Notes: generated by a model from the letters alone, not told the origin. DNA of 64,000 nt from Macrostomum lignano (GCA_002269645.1 NIVC01000868.1:248001-312000), one strand, 5' to 3'; counted from the first letter of the stretch, positions 12,701-24,899 are shown. A program made the numbers and translations.

Positions 12701-14836
12701 GATGGACGCCGGCGTGCCGAGGCTGCAATGGAAGCTGGCGGTTGTGGAAGCGGTACATCATGGCCGTGATGGCGTTGCTAGGTCGTGCCTCCTGAGGTTA
12801 GCTAGTCCGCATCGTAGTCGCGCTGCTGTGCATTTTCGGCGGCCGGTGGCGTCGCTGGTTCCTCTGGAGGTCTAAGCCTGTCTCTTTCTTTCTTTGATCT
12901 TGTCTCGTGCTGTCTCGCCGTCGATCTCTCAGTCTATCTTTGTCTGCGTTTGCGTCGTCTAAATTCTGCGAGCTATCTGTAGCCACTGCGTGATTAGTTA
13001 CTGATTCTGTTTCACTTGCATGATTTTTGCTGGCAATCAAATAATGCCTCTTGGTGTCGTAAGTACCTACGCAAATTCGACGCACTATTTTTAATCCGCA
13101 ATTAATCATAGTTTTGTTTGATTTTAATGTTCCAATTTTTGATTGTCTTTGTGTCAAGGCACTTATTTCCAATATCAAATATTTTCTCGAAGTGCATTCG
13201 CTTGTTTAGCTCGAAAATTTGTATTCGATAAAAGAACTCGCATTCGATGTCTCGTCTTTATTTTCAGTGAAAGTTAGACTTTGCAGCCCTTTCCTTTTTA
13301 GCCAGAGGTCTTGAGTTCGAACCTCTGGCGGGGGAGTGTGGCGGAAAGTGCAATTCATTATTTTCAATCAATTACTCCATCTCAATCTGCGCCGACTCTA
13401 TTATGCCCGCACATTGATTTTCTCCAAATACGCCCGTATCGATTTAATGTACGCAAATGCGATGTACGCAAGCCAGGTGAACTTACTCTTTTTTACACGG
13501 CCTTCATTAACTATTTAATAAATAAACTGTAGCCCAGTGAGGCTCGGATCGTGTTTTTTCGTGCATAGCGCAGCGTCGCTAAAAGTTCAATCCAAATTGA
13601 CTACAATTCAACTACAGTATCAATCAGGTTCCATCCAGGTCCCAAGGTATCAATCACGTTCCATCCGAACACAGTTATCAATCAGGTTCCATCTAGGCCA
13701 CAGTTATCAATCAGGTTCCATCTAGGCCACGGGTATCAATCAGGCCTCGCTCACCTGCTCCGCCTCCTGATTGGCTGCAGCCTCGGCGGCCTCGACCCGC
13801 TCCCTGACGGCCTTGGCGGATTCCTCCAGGGCGCGGCGCAGCTCCACCTCCCGCTTGGCTGCCGCGCGAAGCTCCTCGCAACTGCGCCGGAATCGCTCCA
13901 GCGAGGCCTCCTGCGAGTCCGTACGGATTGCCAGCTCGGACTGAAGTTCGGGGGGGGGAGAATCGTCAATTTCTGGTGCTGGACTCCGCCACCAACCCAC
14001 CAACTGAATCCGCGCTCACCTCGCGCTGCTTGAGCGCCTCCTCGCTGGCCAGCAGCTCCTCGACTTTCAAGCGGAGCTGCTCGGCCTCCGACTTGGCCGC
14101 GTCCCGCTCTTGAGCAGCGGCCTGAAGCTGCTTCTCCCAGGTGGCGTACTCGGCCTGGGGGTGGGCAAGCGAGCGGTTGTGAAATTTGCAAACTCTGAAC
14201 AGCCAGCAAGCGAAGGCAAAAAGTTTCTGTGCGTCAAAATGTTGGTAAAGTTTGAAGAAAAATTCTCCATTTTTCATGTGATATCGCAACTTCATCAACT
14301 GCACAGCCTCGAGCAAAACATTTGCAGGCCTAATTTGGCGATTCAGTCAGTCTGAAAGAGAACGAACTGCACTTGCTGACCTAATTTGGCGATTCAGTCA
14401 GTCTGGAAGAGAGCGAACTGCACTTGCTGACCTAATTTGGCGATTCAGCCAGTCTGAAAGAGAACGAACTGCACTTGCTGACCTGGAACAGCCGCTTGGC
14501 CTGGCCCAGCTTGCCGGTGATTTCGCTCTGCGCTCGCAGCGTCCGCTCCCGCTCCGCCTGCACGGCCAGCAGCTGCTCCCGCACGCTGCGCACGCTGCCC
14601 TCCAGCTCGCGGATTCGAGCCACGAGCACCTCCCGGGGAGTTCGCTGGCAGCGACTGCTGCTTGTCAGGCTGCTCACTGAGCCGCGCGGTGACTGGAGGC
14701 CGCTGTTGCTGCCATTGTCATGGCAACCGCTGACGCTGCCGATATCGCTAAGTTCGCCGAGAATCTTTTTGCTCTCGGCTGCAGTCATCTGCAGCTTTTT
14801 CAGCAGGTTGTCAATTGTGTGCTCGTCAACTTCCAT
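3774..14836 (-). CDS. Long coiled-coil protein, 3' end outside the window (at least 741 aa)
   Basis: Exons 14483-14836, 14020-14154, 13755-13940, 5345-5884, 4603-5025, 4311-4511 and 3774-4157. All introns are GT-AG and phase 0, giving a continuous E/A/R/L-rich heptad frame. The last exon ends at a donor (CAG|GTGTGT), so the gene continues leftward. Confidence 0.85.
5945..6813 (+). repeat. 18-bp minisatellite (CAGGTATCAATCAGGT[T/C]C), intronic; continues at 13617-13741
   Basis: Dozens of tandem copies, interrupted by the LTR element. Confidence 0.95.
6814..13616 (+). mobile_element. Full-length BEL/Pao LTR retrotransposon
   Basis: 280-bp LTRs at 6814-7093 and 13337-13616 (TG...CA), one mismatch seen. 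5-bp TSD GTATC. PBS TGGCGCCCGAACAG at 7094-7107. PPT at about 13327-13336. Confidence 0.97.
7501..12875 (+). CDS. BEL/Pao gag-pol polyprotein with one frameshift near 12001-12006
   Basis: DUF1759-like gag, three Cys/His knuckles, protease LFDTAS, RT YVDN, RNase H FCDAS, integrase HHCC, then integrase core (ISDN) and DUF5641-like tail in the -1 frame after a G5 run. Confidence 0.92.
14330..14482 (-). repeat. 3 x 51-bp tandem repeat at the start of intron 1; each unit reads GT...AG
   Basis: Units 14432-14482, 14381-14431 and 14330-14380 read GTCAGCAAG...TTCTCTTTCAG...CCAAATTAG. Confidence 0.92.
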
Positions 14837-16297
14837 GCGGATGCAGTGGAAAATGCAATTAAACTTTCACTTGGGCTCAAAATTTTATGACTTGAATTTC
14901 CAGGACGTGTTGACCATCTTAATAAAATATAAACTTGAGCACCATTTTTATTAGACAATGAGACTGGATGTAAAGTTCAGGTCACTATATCAAATTTGGT
15001 GTAAATATGCATCAGATGCACAAATTAACAAAAAATGAATGTTGAAAATAAAAAAAAACTTAATTCATTTGATTCAGTTAAATAAGACTTTAGACTAACC
15101 AAAAATGATATGAACAAAGAGGTTCAAAGTTAGAGCTTCTCAATTAATGCTGAAAAGAAGGTATTAAAAATTATAGTGCCTTATAAGCATCATTATAGTT
15201 TAGTATTGTTTGTTTTTGTTTTGTTAGAAAATGTTTTAAGAAATTCAAGCATTTTAAGTTTAAATAACTTACTTTCAGAAGCAAAACATTAAAAAATTAT
15301 AAAGCATATTTTTGTTGATTTGTAAATCAGCTGTGTTTATAGCTTATTTAATTGCAGTCTGAACCTTACATTAATTGAATAAAATCATTTGTGATAAATG
15401 GATAAAAGGATAATTGTGATAAAAGGAAACAATAAGCTAAAGAAGAATTTAATACAGAAATACTGCTCCCTATTTGTTAATTTTGCTCATTTATTGTATG
15501 GCTATAAAGAAAAGAAAAAATACATGAAAATAGACAATAAGCCTAAGATAAGACAATTATTGCCAACTGAAGAAATGACTAAATAAAAAAATATATACAA
15601 ACATTGAGATATATGCCAGCAAAATATAATCATATTGATCATTGTCATTGATCATATTGATCAGTACAATCATTTTGAACTTTGCTTAAGTAATATTGTT
15701 CCCGATTATCACATTAGCACCAGCTTAATGACTATTATTTATTTGAGTTTATTAAGGTGCACACAATGAAAAACAGATTTTAGCTCGAGATCCAGAATAA
15801 TGCCTCTACCAGGAATTAATTTGAAAACAAAATTGGAGGGAGAGCAATTTTTTAAACAATAGAGTTGAATCGATTGGTAAGCTTTATATTAGTTAAATAT
15901 TTTTATGTTAAGTGCTTCGCATCAAGCCTACTATTGACAAATGAGTGCATTCTTATTTTAAGCATGCCAACAATTTAATACAAAAAAATATTTTATAGAC
16001 TGCTGTGGTCTACTTGCATGGTCTAAAAGCCTTATGCTTAGTTTAAACGTTGTTTTAATGTCTTTAACTTCGCTATACTTCAAATTTTATTGAGCTCATA
16101 CTTAAAAATATCAATATAGGACTCGCTCGATCTGAACTGGAGTTTCACTTCACATTTCATCGATATAGCTCCCCTGTACGTACACATCACAGCTATATAA
16201 TAAAAAAGCACAATATATATATTAGATAAACATTAAAAATTTGATTAGCGTACTAATAGCAGTGGTTGGAAAATCATGCATGGACATTTCGGACATG

Positions 16298-16501
16298 CAG
16301 GGACTCAAACACCGACTTGAAACTAGGATTTTTTACGAGGCTGGTCTTTTAGCAGTTGACGAGGCTGCATGGCTGGCTTATTTTTATATAGCGATGCTGT
16401 GTTTACTTTCTTGTCTAGGGGTTATTTTCTACTGCTGCTGATCGAAATACCAGCCTCGTAAAAATTCCTAGTTTCCCGTCACGGTGTTTGAGTAGTCCCT
16501 G
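16298..16501. mobile_element. MITE-like inverted-repeat element with CAGGG termini
   Basis: CAGGGACTCAAACACCG..GAAACTAGGATTTTTTACGAGGCTGGT pairs with ACCAGCCTCGTAAAAATTCCTAGTTTC..CGGTGTTTGAGT..CCCTG. No clean TSD. Confidence 0.7.
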
Positions 16502-17334
16502 GTTGGAATTCAGGCTCAAGCTCAAGCTCAACTCTCAGTCCTCTGAGTGTGCCCACGGCCACGGCCCACAGCCACAAGGCCCATGTCAACGCGATACTGC
16601 AGCGCGATCTGACTTACTCGAAGTTTGAAACTGGCTAATCCATATACTAAAAATGAAAATTTTGACTAATTTTAAGGCCAGAATCACGATTTTACAATAA
16701 TTATATATTTTGAGGGTACTCCTCCAAAATGGGGTACTACTCAGAGGCTTGGTACCCCAATTCGGGTACCAAACAACAACTGGCTCATACCACTTCTACA
16801 GTCTCTAAAAGTGCTTTCATAATTTCGACATCAATTTTCTTATTGTGCAGTGTAAATAAAATTGGAGCAAGGCATTTTTAGAAAGTCTAACAGGAGGGTG
16901 GGGCTGCATGGGGGAGAGGCTGAGTATGAGTGCGATGCGCACAGAGTTCCAGTGTAAATATTCGCTTTGCAAGCAGACGCAGTAATTTGCGCAACTGGTT
17001 CGAACCGCGCTGCACATAGAAACGCTGTGAACTTGATAAGGCACGGGCGGAAAATTAGATCAAGCGTTGATAGAAAGCTGGATTAAGCACAGGTAACAAT
17101 TTAAGCAAGGCCAAACAGTAAAGCGAGCGCAGACACTAGCAAAATGGAAAAAGAACTCGCAACTTGAGCACACCCGCATGTGAGTACTGGTGGTAAGGCC
17201 GGGAGAGAATCGTCACTGAAATTTGTAAACTGCATCGTGCCACCAACTTCACGTTTGAAAGTCCGTCTCTGGGTAACGTCATAAAATGTCTTTATTAATC
17301 AAATGATGCATTTAAAATCTCAATTCACAGCTTA

Positions 17335-18447
17335 TTAAGCCTTCCTAACGCGTGACAAAAAATCATTTCTAACCCAGAGACCGTCCCATTCACCAAACGT
17401 AGCGATATTCTGCACTTTAAAGGTGGCCATGGACAGCAGCGAGAAGTTTCTTGAGGTCATAAAGTGCGTCACGAATTTGTAATATTTAGACACCTGCGGT
17501 CGGTGGCCCAGCTTCCTCCAAAACTCCATCTGTAGCGCCATGATGTTGAGCTCGCTGAACAGCTTCTGGCCTGTCCGCATGAACAGGTGCTCACCGGACT
17601 CGATGTCCATCTTGATGACCACATTCTTGGTGCCGATGTGCGCTCTGAGCTCGTCCGCTCTGACAGTCATCACGGGAATCGTGTCCTCGATGAGGTTGGT
17701 GACCTGCCGCATCCAGTCAGTCGACCCGACAGAGCCGCTTCCGGCGTGGCAGCCAAAGTCGTCGGCATTGTAGCTGATCCGCTTGAGCACCACGTTGTCG
17801 CTGATGAAGCCCCAGAAGAGCTTCAGCTTGTCGTCAAGCAAGTTCAGCCGCTTCGCTGACATCTGCAGCCTGACCAACGCGCGAATGTTCGCATCGATGG
17901 CCACCACAGGATATCCGAGCTCTCTGGCCTGCAGGCTATAGATGCCGACGTTGCTGCCGACGTCGAGGAACGTCACCGAGTCTGTCGAAAACTTCTTCAA
18001 CAGGTTGAGCATGGTCCGAATGGAAGCAGTTTCCCAGTCGTGCTTCTTCAGCATCTCCGCCGAAATATAGTCCTCCACGCCGAAAGTGAACAGCGGCATT
18101 AAAGGGCCGCCCATGGCTCGGGTCACATTGGCCACCGGGGCACCCTGTCTGACGATGTTGTACATCTGCTGCGGCAGGCTCCTGCTCAGCTCGCACAGCG
18201 GAAACTTGCCGCTCACAGTCCGGTAGGCTGGCGTTCCTTGACACAGCCGCTGCTGCAGGCTGGGGTTCATGAAGTCAACATTGCTGAGCTCGTTGTAGGC
18301 TGGGCAGTTTTTTATCATCTCCACATCGCTCAGCGTTGGCAGCGGCGTCTCTAAGGCGGCCCCGCTCTTGCGCTGAGAGAGATACGCCAGTATGACGAGT
18401 GCGGCTAGTGCGCCAGCTAGCAGTATCAAATGCTTCTTGGTTCTCAT
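17335..18447 (-). CDS. Intronless FkbM-family (Methyltransf_21) SAM-dependent methyltransferase with an N-terminal signal anchor, 370 aa
   Basis: MRTKKH + LILLAGALAALVILAYL hydrophobic anchor; motif I FLDVGSNVGIYSL; VVAIDAN; VIKMDIESGE. Confidence 0.85.
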   Translation of the reverse strand: MRTKKHLILLAGALAALVILAYLSQRKSGAALETPLPTLSDVEMIKNCPAYNELSNVDFMNPSLQQRLCQGTPAYRTVSGKFPLCELSRSLPQQMYNIVRQGAPVANVTRAMGGPLMPLFTFGVEDYISAEMLKKHDWETASIRTMLNLLKKFSTDSVTFLDVGSNVGIYSLQARELGYPVVAIDANIRALVRLQMSAKRLNLLDDKLKLFWGFISDNVVLKRISYNADDFGCHAGSGSVGSTDWMRQVTNLIEDTIPVMTVRADELRAHIGTKNVVIKMDIESGEHLFMRTGQKLFSELNIMALQMEFWRKLGHRPQVSKYYKFVTHFMTSRNFSLLSMATFKVQNIATFGEWDGLWVRNDFLSRVRKA

Positions 18448-19399
18448 GGCTTGGGCCTTTTTTGTAGACTTTTCTGCTCTTGGTTCCAATTTGTGGTCCC
18501 AGCACACAACTGTAATTCAGAGTTGCCTCTGCTTCGTAGAGCCGTATAGAGCAGATTATTCAGGTAAAGTTGCTCGCTTGGCAAGTGAGATAAATAGGAA
18601 GGCGAAAATCAACATTAAATTTATAGCGACGCGTTTCGCACGAAACTGTGCATCTTCAGGCTAGGTAGATATAAAATTATAGAGCAGATTATAATTTATG
18701 CATGTAATTTTATAACTGTAAATGCAAAACTGCGCAGATGCAGGCATGCTTTGAGCTCTGCAGTGCAGCCAATGTTTTGCTGGTCAGAGTTAGGTTGCGC
18801 GTAAATCATCGGCAAAAAGCAAAGCCAAGCTTCACGGTGGGGCCTATAAGAGAAGCAGAGCAAATGGGGGTTTTGGAACACCGAGAGAGGCTGGGGGAGA
18901 GAGTGATGGAGTGAAGACGAGCGCCTACCTGACCTCTTGTTTCCTTTCAGATCAGTTGGCGAGCGAGCTTTTTCCTGCAATTGCCCTGAATGAAGGACCC
19001 CCCCCCGGTAGCAGGAGGAATGAATAATTTGGGAAGCTGGGAATTTCATTTATTAAAATTCTTACCTCGAGAATTTTTTAGGTTTCACCGACCAAGATCA
19101 TCACTATTACTGAGCTTAAATTATTCGTACTCAGCGATATAGCACGCTCGTATGTGTGTTTATTAATTAAAGTTAGCACTCAATTAAAGTTTGCTAAATT
19201 GCTGCAAAACTGCATTGGAGCCCAAAATCATGCAAATTAAATGCATTTTCAGCGCGTATTTTTGTGAAATTGAATATAAAAATGAAATGAAAGAAGGAAA
19301 TAAACTTTGGAGTGAACAGCTCGAGACTTGGGCACATCTTTTGCCACAGGGGCCAGTTCTGCCATCCTTTGCCCACCCTCTCCCTTGTCGCGCTTGCAA

Positions 19400-21017
19400 G
19401 CAGAGTAGCGCTTCCGTCCGAGCAGGTGGCCAACTCGCGAGGCGGAGGAGGCTCTGGCGGCTGTCTACCTGCAGCGGCAACAGGCCGCTGTTGACGACGC
19501 CATCAAGGCCGTCACGGACGGTGGACCCGACGCCAAAGGGCGCGTGGCCTGGTCCGCCATCAACGCTCGGACGGGGCGGAAGCAGTGCATCTCGCTCAAC
19601 CTGGCTGGCGATACTCCGGATGAGCGCAGAAATGAGCTGCGCAATTTCTTCGCCGCCATCGTTAACGCGCCGCCGCCCCCGCTGCCAAACGATCTGAGGC
19701 TGCCGCCGGGGACGAAATTGCCGGAAGAGGAAAGTTTCGGTATTTGTGGCCAGAGCAGAACGGTTTCCGACCCCATCACGGCACAGTGGCGCAGATCCAG
19801 GCTTCGCCGAATCATCCAGGACCCGACAGTCGAGCCTGACTGCTCTCTTTATTGACTTCAGAAAGGCTTTCGACTCGATCGTGAGGGCCATGCTCCCAAT
19901 GGTGCTTTGATCGTGCGTACAATGTGATTTCCGCTGTCATGGAGCTGTACCATGGCACGAGCGCTGCTGTGATAACACCGGACGGCCTATCGGATTTCTT
20001 TGAGATCCTCTGGGGTGCTTCAGAAAGATACGCTTGAGCCGTTCCTGTTCGTCCTGGTGCTTGAGTGGGTGTGTTGCGGACTGCTCTCCCTTCTAACGAC
20101 GACGGCTTCCTGCTGCAGCGATGCGTGGATCGACGCCAACCAGAGAGGCGGCTCAGCGTGCTAGGCTACGCCGACGATCTCGCCCTGCTGTCTACGACCG
20201 TCCAGGGCGCCCAGCGCCAGCTGGACCGGCTGGTGAGCGTTGCGGCGAGCGTCGGCCTGGTATTCAACACGCAGAAGATCGTCGTGCTCTGCGTGCCGGA
20301 CAACATCAAGGGTGCAATTTTCTGCCGAGGCGCTGGCGGGCAGGTGACGAAGCTTCCGCGCTGTCAGCAGTTCGTCTACCTACATCTGCGGTCTGGTGTC
20401 GCACGTTCGTGAGGATCTGCGAAATCGCCGTGGACTTGCCTGGGCTGCCTTCCGTTCCGTGAGGACAGTCCTGCAGTCCGAGGCTCTGCCTGACCGCCAG
20501 AGGGCGGCGTTGTTCCAAGCGGTGATCGAGACCGTCCTGTTGTATAACGCCGAGACCTGGACGCTGACGGATTCGCTCGAACAGCAGGTCAATGCAGCGC
20601 GCCGCCTTCAAGATCGGCTACGAGCGAGTCACCAATGCGGCACTCTATCGCCGCACCTGCCCTGGGTGTGCACTACCCTGATACAGTGCCGACCAGGGAC
20701 CTGATGACTCGCGCTGGTATTCCCGCGCTCAGCTGCACTATCCGCAAACGCCGACAGATGTTACTTGGCCATTGCCTAAGAAGCTACGGCCGCGGCGAGC
20801 AAAATCCTCTGGCGCTGGCTCTCCTGCATCAGCCCACTGAGCGCCTGCGCCGTGGCCAAGGCCGAACTGTGACGCTAAATGATACGTTTCTGACTGACTT
20901 GCAGGCCATCGGACTCAGCCCCCAGTCCGCCATGACTTGCCCTTCTCGGTTGTTCTGCGAACGCGTCCGCGCAAAGACTAGCTAGATGTCCTTTTGTCTG
21001 TGCTTCTCTCTGCGTCG

Positions 21018-21051
<34 letters not shown>

Positions 21052-21285
21052 GCCTGTCCCGTCATAGCAAACTGTCGCACTGTCGGCGACTCCAGCTGGC
21101 AGGCCACATCATCCGAGCCCGAGTCCTACTGCCCGCAACCGATGCAGGAGGTGCTGCTGCCGACGCTGCAGGCACCCTACCGGCGGGGACAGGTGCGCAC
21201 GCGGCGTTTCGTCGACTGCCTGCTGGCTGATGCGGCGCCCCGGGGACTGCCGGTGGTGCGGCCTAAGTTCACGCCCAGGCCCTGA
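19400..21285 (+). mobile_element. Degenerate non-LTR retrotransposon (RTE-related RT) plus a second 3'-end fragment
   Basis: VLGYADDLALLS..GLVFNTQK, VLLYNAETWTL and LLGHCLR in shifted frames. A second C-terminus (LAGHIIR) follows the (TA)n tract. Confidence 0.8.
21019..21048. repeat. (TA)15 microsatellite
   Basis: Seen directly. Confidence 0.98.
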
Positions 21286-22039
21286 AACGCGCTCTGTGAC
21301 GTTGTCTCACGCTTAACGTTCAATCGCGTACTCGTGTATAATTAAGTTAGGTACGCCGCAACTACTCATGGAGTTTCTCCTCATAAGCAGTCTTACAAAT
21401 ACTGAAGCGAGTTGCGTGAGTTAAGTAGGGACAACTTAAACTACCGGGACGCGAAACAAAAAGTTGGGGGCTCTTTTGAGTCTATGGGCGCCCGATTTCT
21501 CATGCATTAAATGCTTAGCTTAGCTACTGAAAAGACTAAGGCCACAGTATTATTTTTGCTTTAAAAGGTTCAGTAAGTTGTCTAAAAGGTTTTTTATTCA
21601 GTTTTAAATATGCTTTTTGTTTTTTTGAGTACAAAAACGGCCGTACAGAGCACAATGACATACAATTAGACACGCGAGATATTCACGAAGAAAAGGTTTA
21701 AACTTAGCATGGTGTATATATGGTGGAACGGAACTGAACATAACTTATTTGAGGAGGAACTTATACTGGGACCTGTATACTGTATAGGAAAAACTGGTGT
21801 ACTAAGCAAAAATTACATATATTTAAGCATGTGAGATAAGCACAAGAGAAAAAAGTTTAAAAGCATGAAATGGTGTGTGTGTACAAAAGTACAAGGCAAC
21901 TCGTACTCGTAGAATAGAACACAGAAAATCAGGACTAAACAGAACGAATTTTAGGAGAAACCCAGATAAGGAGCAGCTAGATATGAAAGACTTCGGATTG
22001 GAAAATTTGAAACTCCAAAGACAGATACTAAAAACTATA

Positions 22040-22400
22040 CCGCAAATTCACTGGCCTCCCAGTTTGCGTAGCTTTCTGTCCTGCGATGTAGTCGGCGCAG
22101 GTGCAACCTTCGATGAGCGCTTTACCAGTGCTGCAACAACCTTTTCATTGAAGACTTGGAGAGCGAGTGTTACCTTCGTTTTTCTGTATGCTTGAACTGA
22201 AGGATAGCAAGCTTCGTGGGTTAATTCCGTTCGTTTGACAACGTGATATCTTCTGATTTGTACAGTCGGATCACGTCCATCCATTTGGCCGATATAACTG
22301 TCTGCACCTGGCGGTTGAATATTTAAGGTTCCATTGGATTCAGTTTGCCAATTGTTGCAAGTCTCGAATCAAAACTGGCGTATGCATAATGAATGCGCGA
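22040..22400 (-). pseudogene. P-element/THAP9-like transposase fragment
   Basis: NNWQTE and LTHEACYPSVQAYRKTKVTLALQVFNEKVVAAL resemble the P-type GTP-binding region (Q/K-V-x-LA-x-x-F-S/N). Stops and frameshifts present. Confidence 0.55.
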
Positions 22401-23400
22401 ACGGAGAAGTTTGGGGCAATAAAAACTGTCTGTCTGTCCGTCTGTATCAAGCACGAAGAGGGAAAGCCAGAGAAGACAGAAGGCGGATCTTTCGGTCTTT
22501 CATGTCGACCATTCTTTAACATCGGGTGTCATTTGGCCAGTGCTTTTGGCAAATGTCCATGTGTTCAGTCACTTTCTAGAATGGTAAATTTTATCGCAGT
22601 GGTTATTTTTAACAATTAGTTTGTAAATAAATTCATCCACGCATACCAGCGTATGATCGCTTAGAATTAACATCCTTTTTACCTCAAAATTTTTGGTAGG
22701 GTTTGTCTCCAACGCTCCCGTTCTCGTGCATCTCAAGGAAGAGCAAATATCGTTGTTCGGCTTTCTTCTGAGTTATAGTTTGATCTGCAGTTAAAGACGC
22801 TGCACTTTCTCGACATTTTTCAGTCGCACAAGAGTTGAAGGCTTTTTATTTGCCCTCACACCTCTTTATAGACTGAAGAGTTGTAGTTGGAACGGCCATA
22901 GAACACTGCTTTCAAACGAGCCTCCAACTTTTTTCACCATGATTTGGCTTGTTTCGCGTCCCGGTAGTTTTAGTTGTCCCTGGAGTTAAGAGTTACAAGC
23001 GAATATACGCTCGTATTGGCTTGGCTGAGATCGAGGTCGCGAGACTGGGCCTGCTGGAAACTCATAAAGCCGGCTACTATTTCCTGTACCTGATATCCAG
23101 GTGTTCTCGACTTTTGCTTAAATTAGCTTAATATCCGTTGTATTTGCTGCATAATTTAACTGTGATTATAGTTTTCTGTGTCAGTGTTGAATAACGGAAG
23201 GTCTGCTGGCCCAAATTAACCTGCACTTTTAAAAAATTGTTCTGCATGTTCTGGAAAGACCTTGCAATGCGCCAGTCAAATCTGCTGCCATTTGATCGAC
23301 TTTCAGCTGTAAACTCTCCATTAAGTTGTAACACTCACTCAGTTTGACTGGGCAAGCACTGTTGTAACCCGGGCGTCTAAATTGTACGGCCCACTCCATA

Positions 23401-23530
23401 TAGGACCACTCACCTCAGCTGATATTGCAGCCAGGCCCCGCTCCCTAGGACCATTCACCTCAGCTGATATTGCAGCCAGGCCCCGCTCCCTAGGACCACT
23501 CACCTCAGCTGATATTGCAGCCAGGCCCTG
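23401..23530 (+). repeat. 45-bp tandem repeat, about 3 copies
   Basis: TAGGACCA[C/T]TCACCTCAGCTGATATTGCAGCCAGGCCC starts at 23401, 23446 and 23491. Confidence 0.92.
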
Positions 23531-24899
23531 CACCTTAGCATCATTCACCTCAGCTGATCTTGCATAGCTTGTGGTGTAAAGGAGTGACGCCACCAGTCAC
23601 CTGCGCAAAGGACTCCTGCTAATTAAACGGGACTGCCAGGCTGCTTATGGGCCTGGTTTGGAGCACAGCTCCTAGTCTACTCGTAGCCATGGCCGGGCCA
23701 AGGACCTCTATATAATGCTGCGTAATTCTACTACTATGTAATAAAACGCATCGGTTATTGCATTTTCGAACCCTCAGCTTCTCTTCCAAACTAATACAGT
23801 GATAATACCGGTATAATGAAGTACTGTGGTATTATTATAGCATTAATGCGAGCGTATCATAGTACTTCACTCTCGCAGCAGAGCATAACTCAAACTCATA
23901 ACTCAAAAGAGATACAAACTAAAAATGGTCAAAAGGATTCATGCTTCGATTAGATTAAGCTAACTTAAAGTTGAGTTTAAAAACTTGATTCGGATGAGCA
24001 AATGAGCTTTACTGAATAAATACAGGCAAATTTATGAAAATGCGCGATCAGGAAATGAGCTGAATTTTAAGTAAATAACCTGCAGAAACACGAGCGCAAA
24101 CGCATAGCTTAAACGCGGCTGGCCAGGCGAGTCACTGGCTGCTGGCGGCGATCCGGACGGTCAATGCTGTCGCCAAAAAGTGTCGAATGACGTTGCCCCG
24201 TCGAATTTGATTTGGGGAGTTTCACTGATGGGGATTGGGGCTGGGTTTGCTTTCAATCAGCAATGGGAGAGGAGAGTCATACATGTCATTTCACTTGCGG
24301 AGATCGCGGTGATCTATCTTTACGTAGGAAAAATGGTGAGGTTCCTAAATCGTCAATCAGTTACTAAGGGGATGAGGTCGGTTGAGGCTCTGGCCGGGAG
24401 ATTTACGTCCAGCACGAACCCACGATTGTTGAAAAGAAAAAAGGCTTGCTTAAATGGAGTGAAGATCGGGTATTACGCGCGCGATACGTGAAAAATGCAG
24501 CTTCGACCGGCGTCGCCAAGCAACTATGTGATGTCACCTGCCTCGCCGCGCTGTGATTGGCTTGCATAATAGGGTGCAGGTGGGAAGGGTTGCGCAATAA
24601 GTCACATGACAAAATGGGAATACGAAGATAGAGGTCAAAAATGGATGTCACTGATTTGGAATGATTTGAAACAATAGAAGGAAGGTTGTGGTGGACGCTA
24701 AAGGAGTCGTATAAAGGGTGAGTCATCGCGATGAATCAATGCAGTGGGGAAGGGGGGCTGGATCTGAGGGCCACGGGGCTTAATTTTGCGCGTACTTTGG
24801 GTACTCTTATCATTTAAAACCGATCGAGTGATTGCTGAAACCGCTGGTTACATCAATACCAAAGAAACCAATATATGTACTTTGATACTCTAGTTTTGG

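Noticed and set aside
12876-13326. env-like ORF in the BEL element
   Set aside because: The region is about 450 bp of T-rich sequence with no credible ORF.
3774-14836. Naming the coiled-coil gene (for example ODF2/cenexin)
   Set aside because: Only generic heptad similarity is visible, and any diagnostic C-terminus is outside the window.
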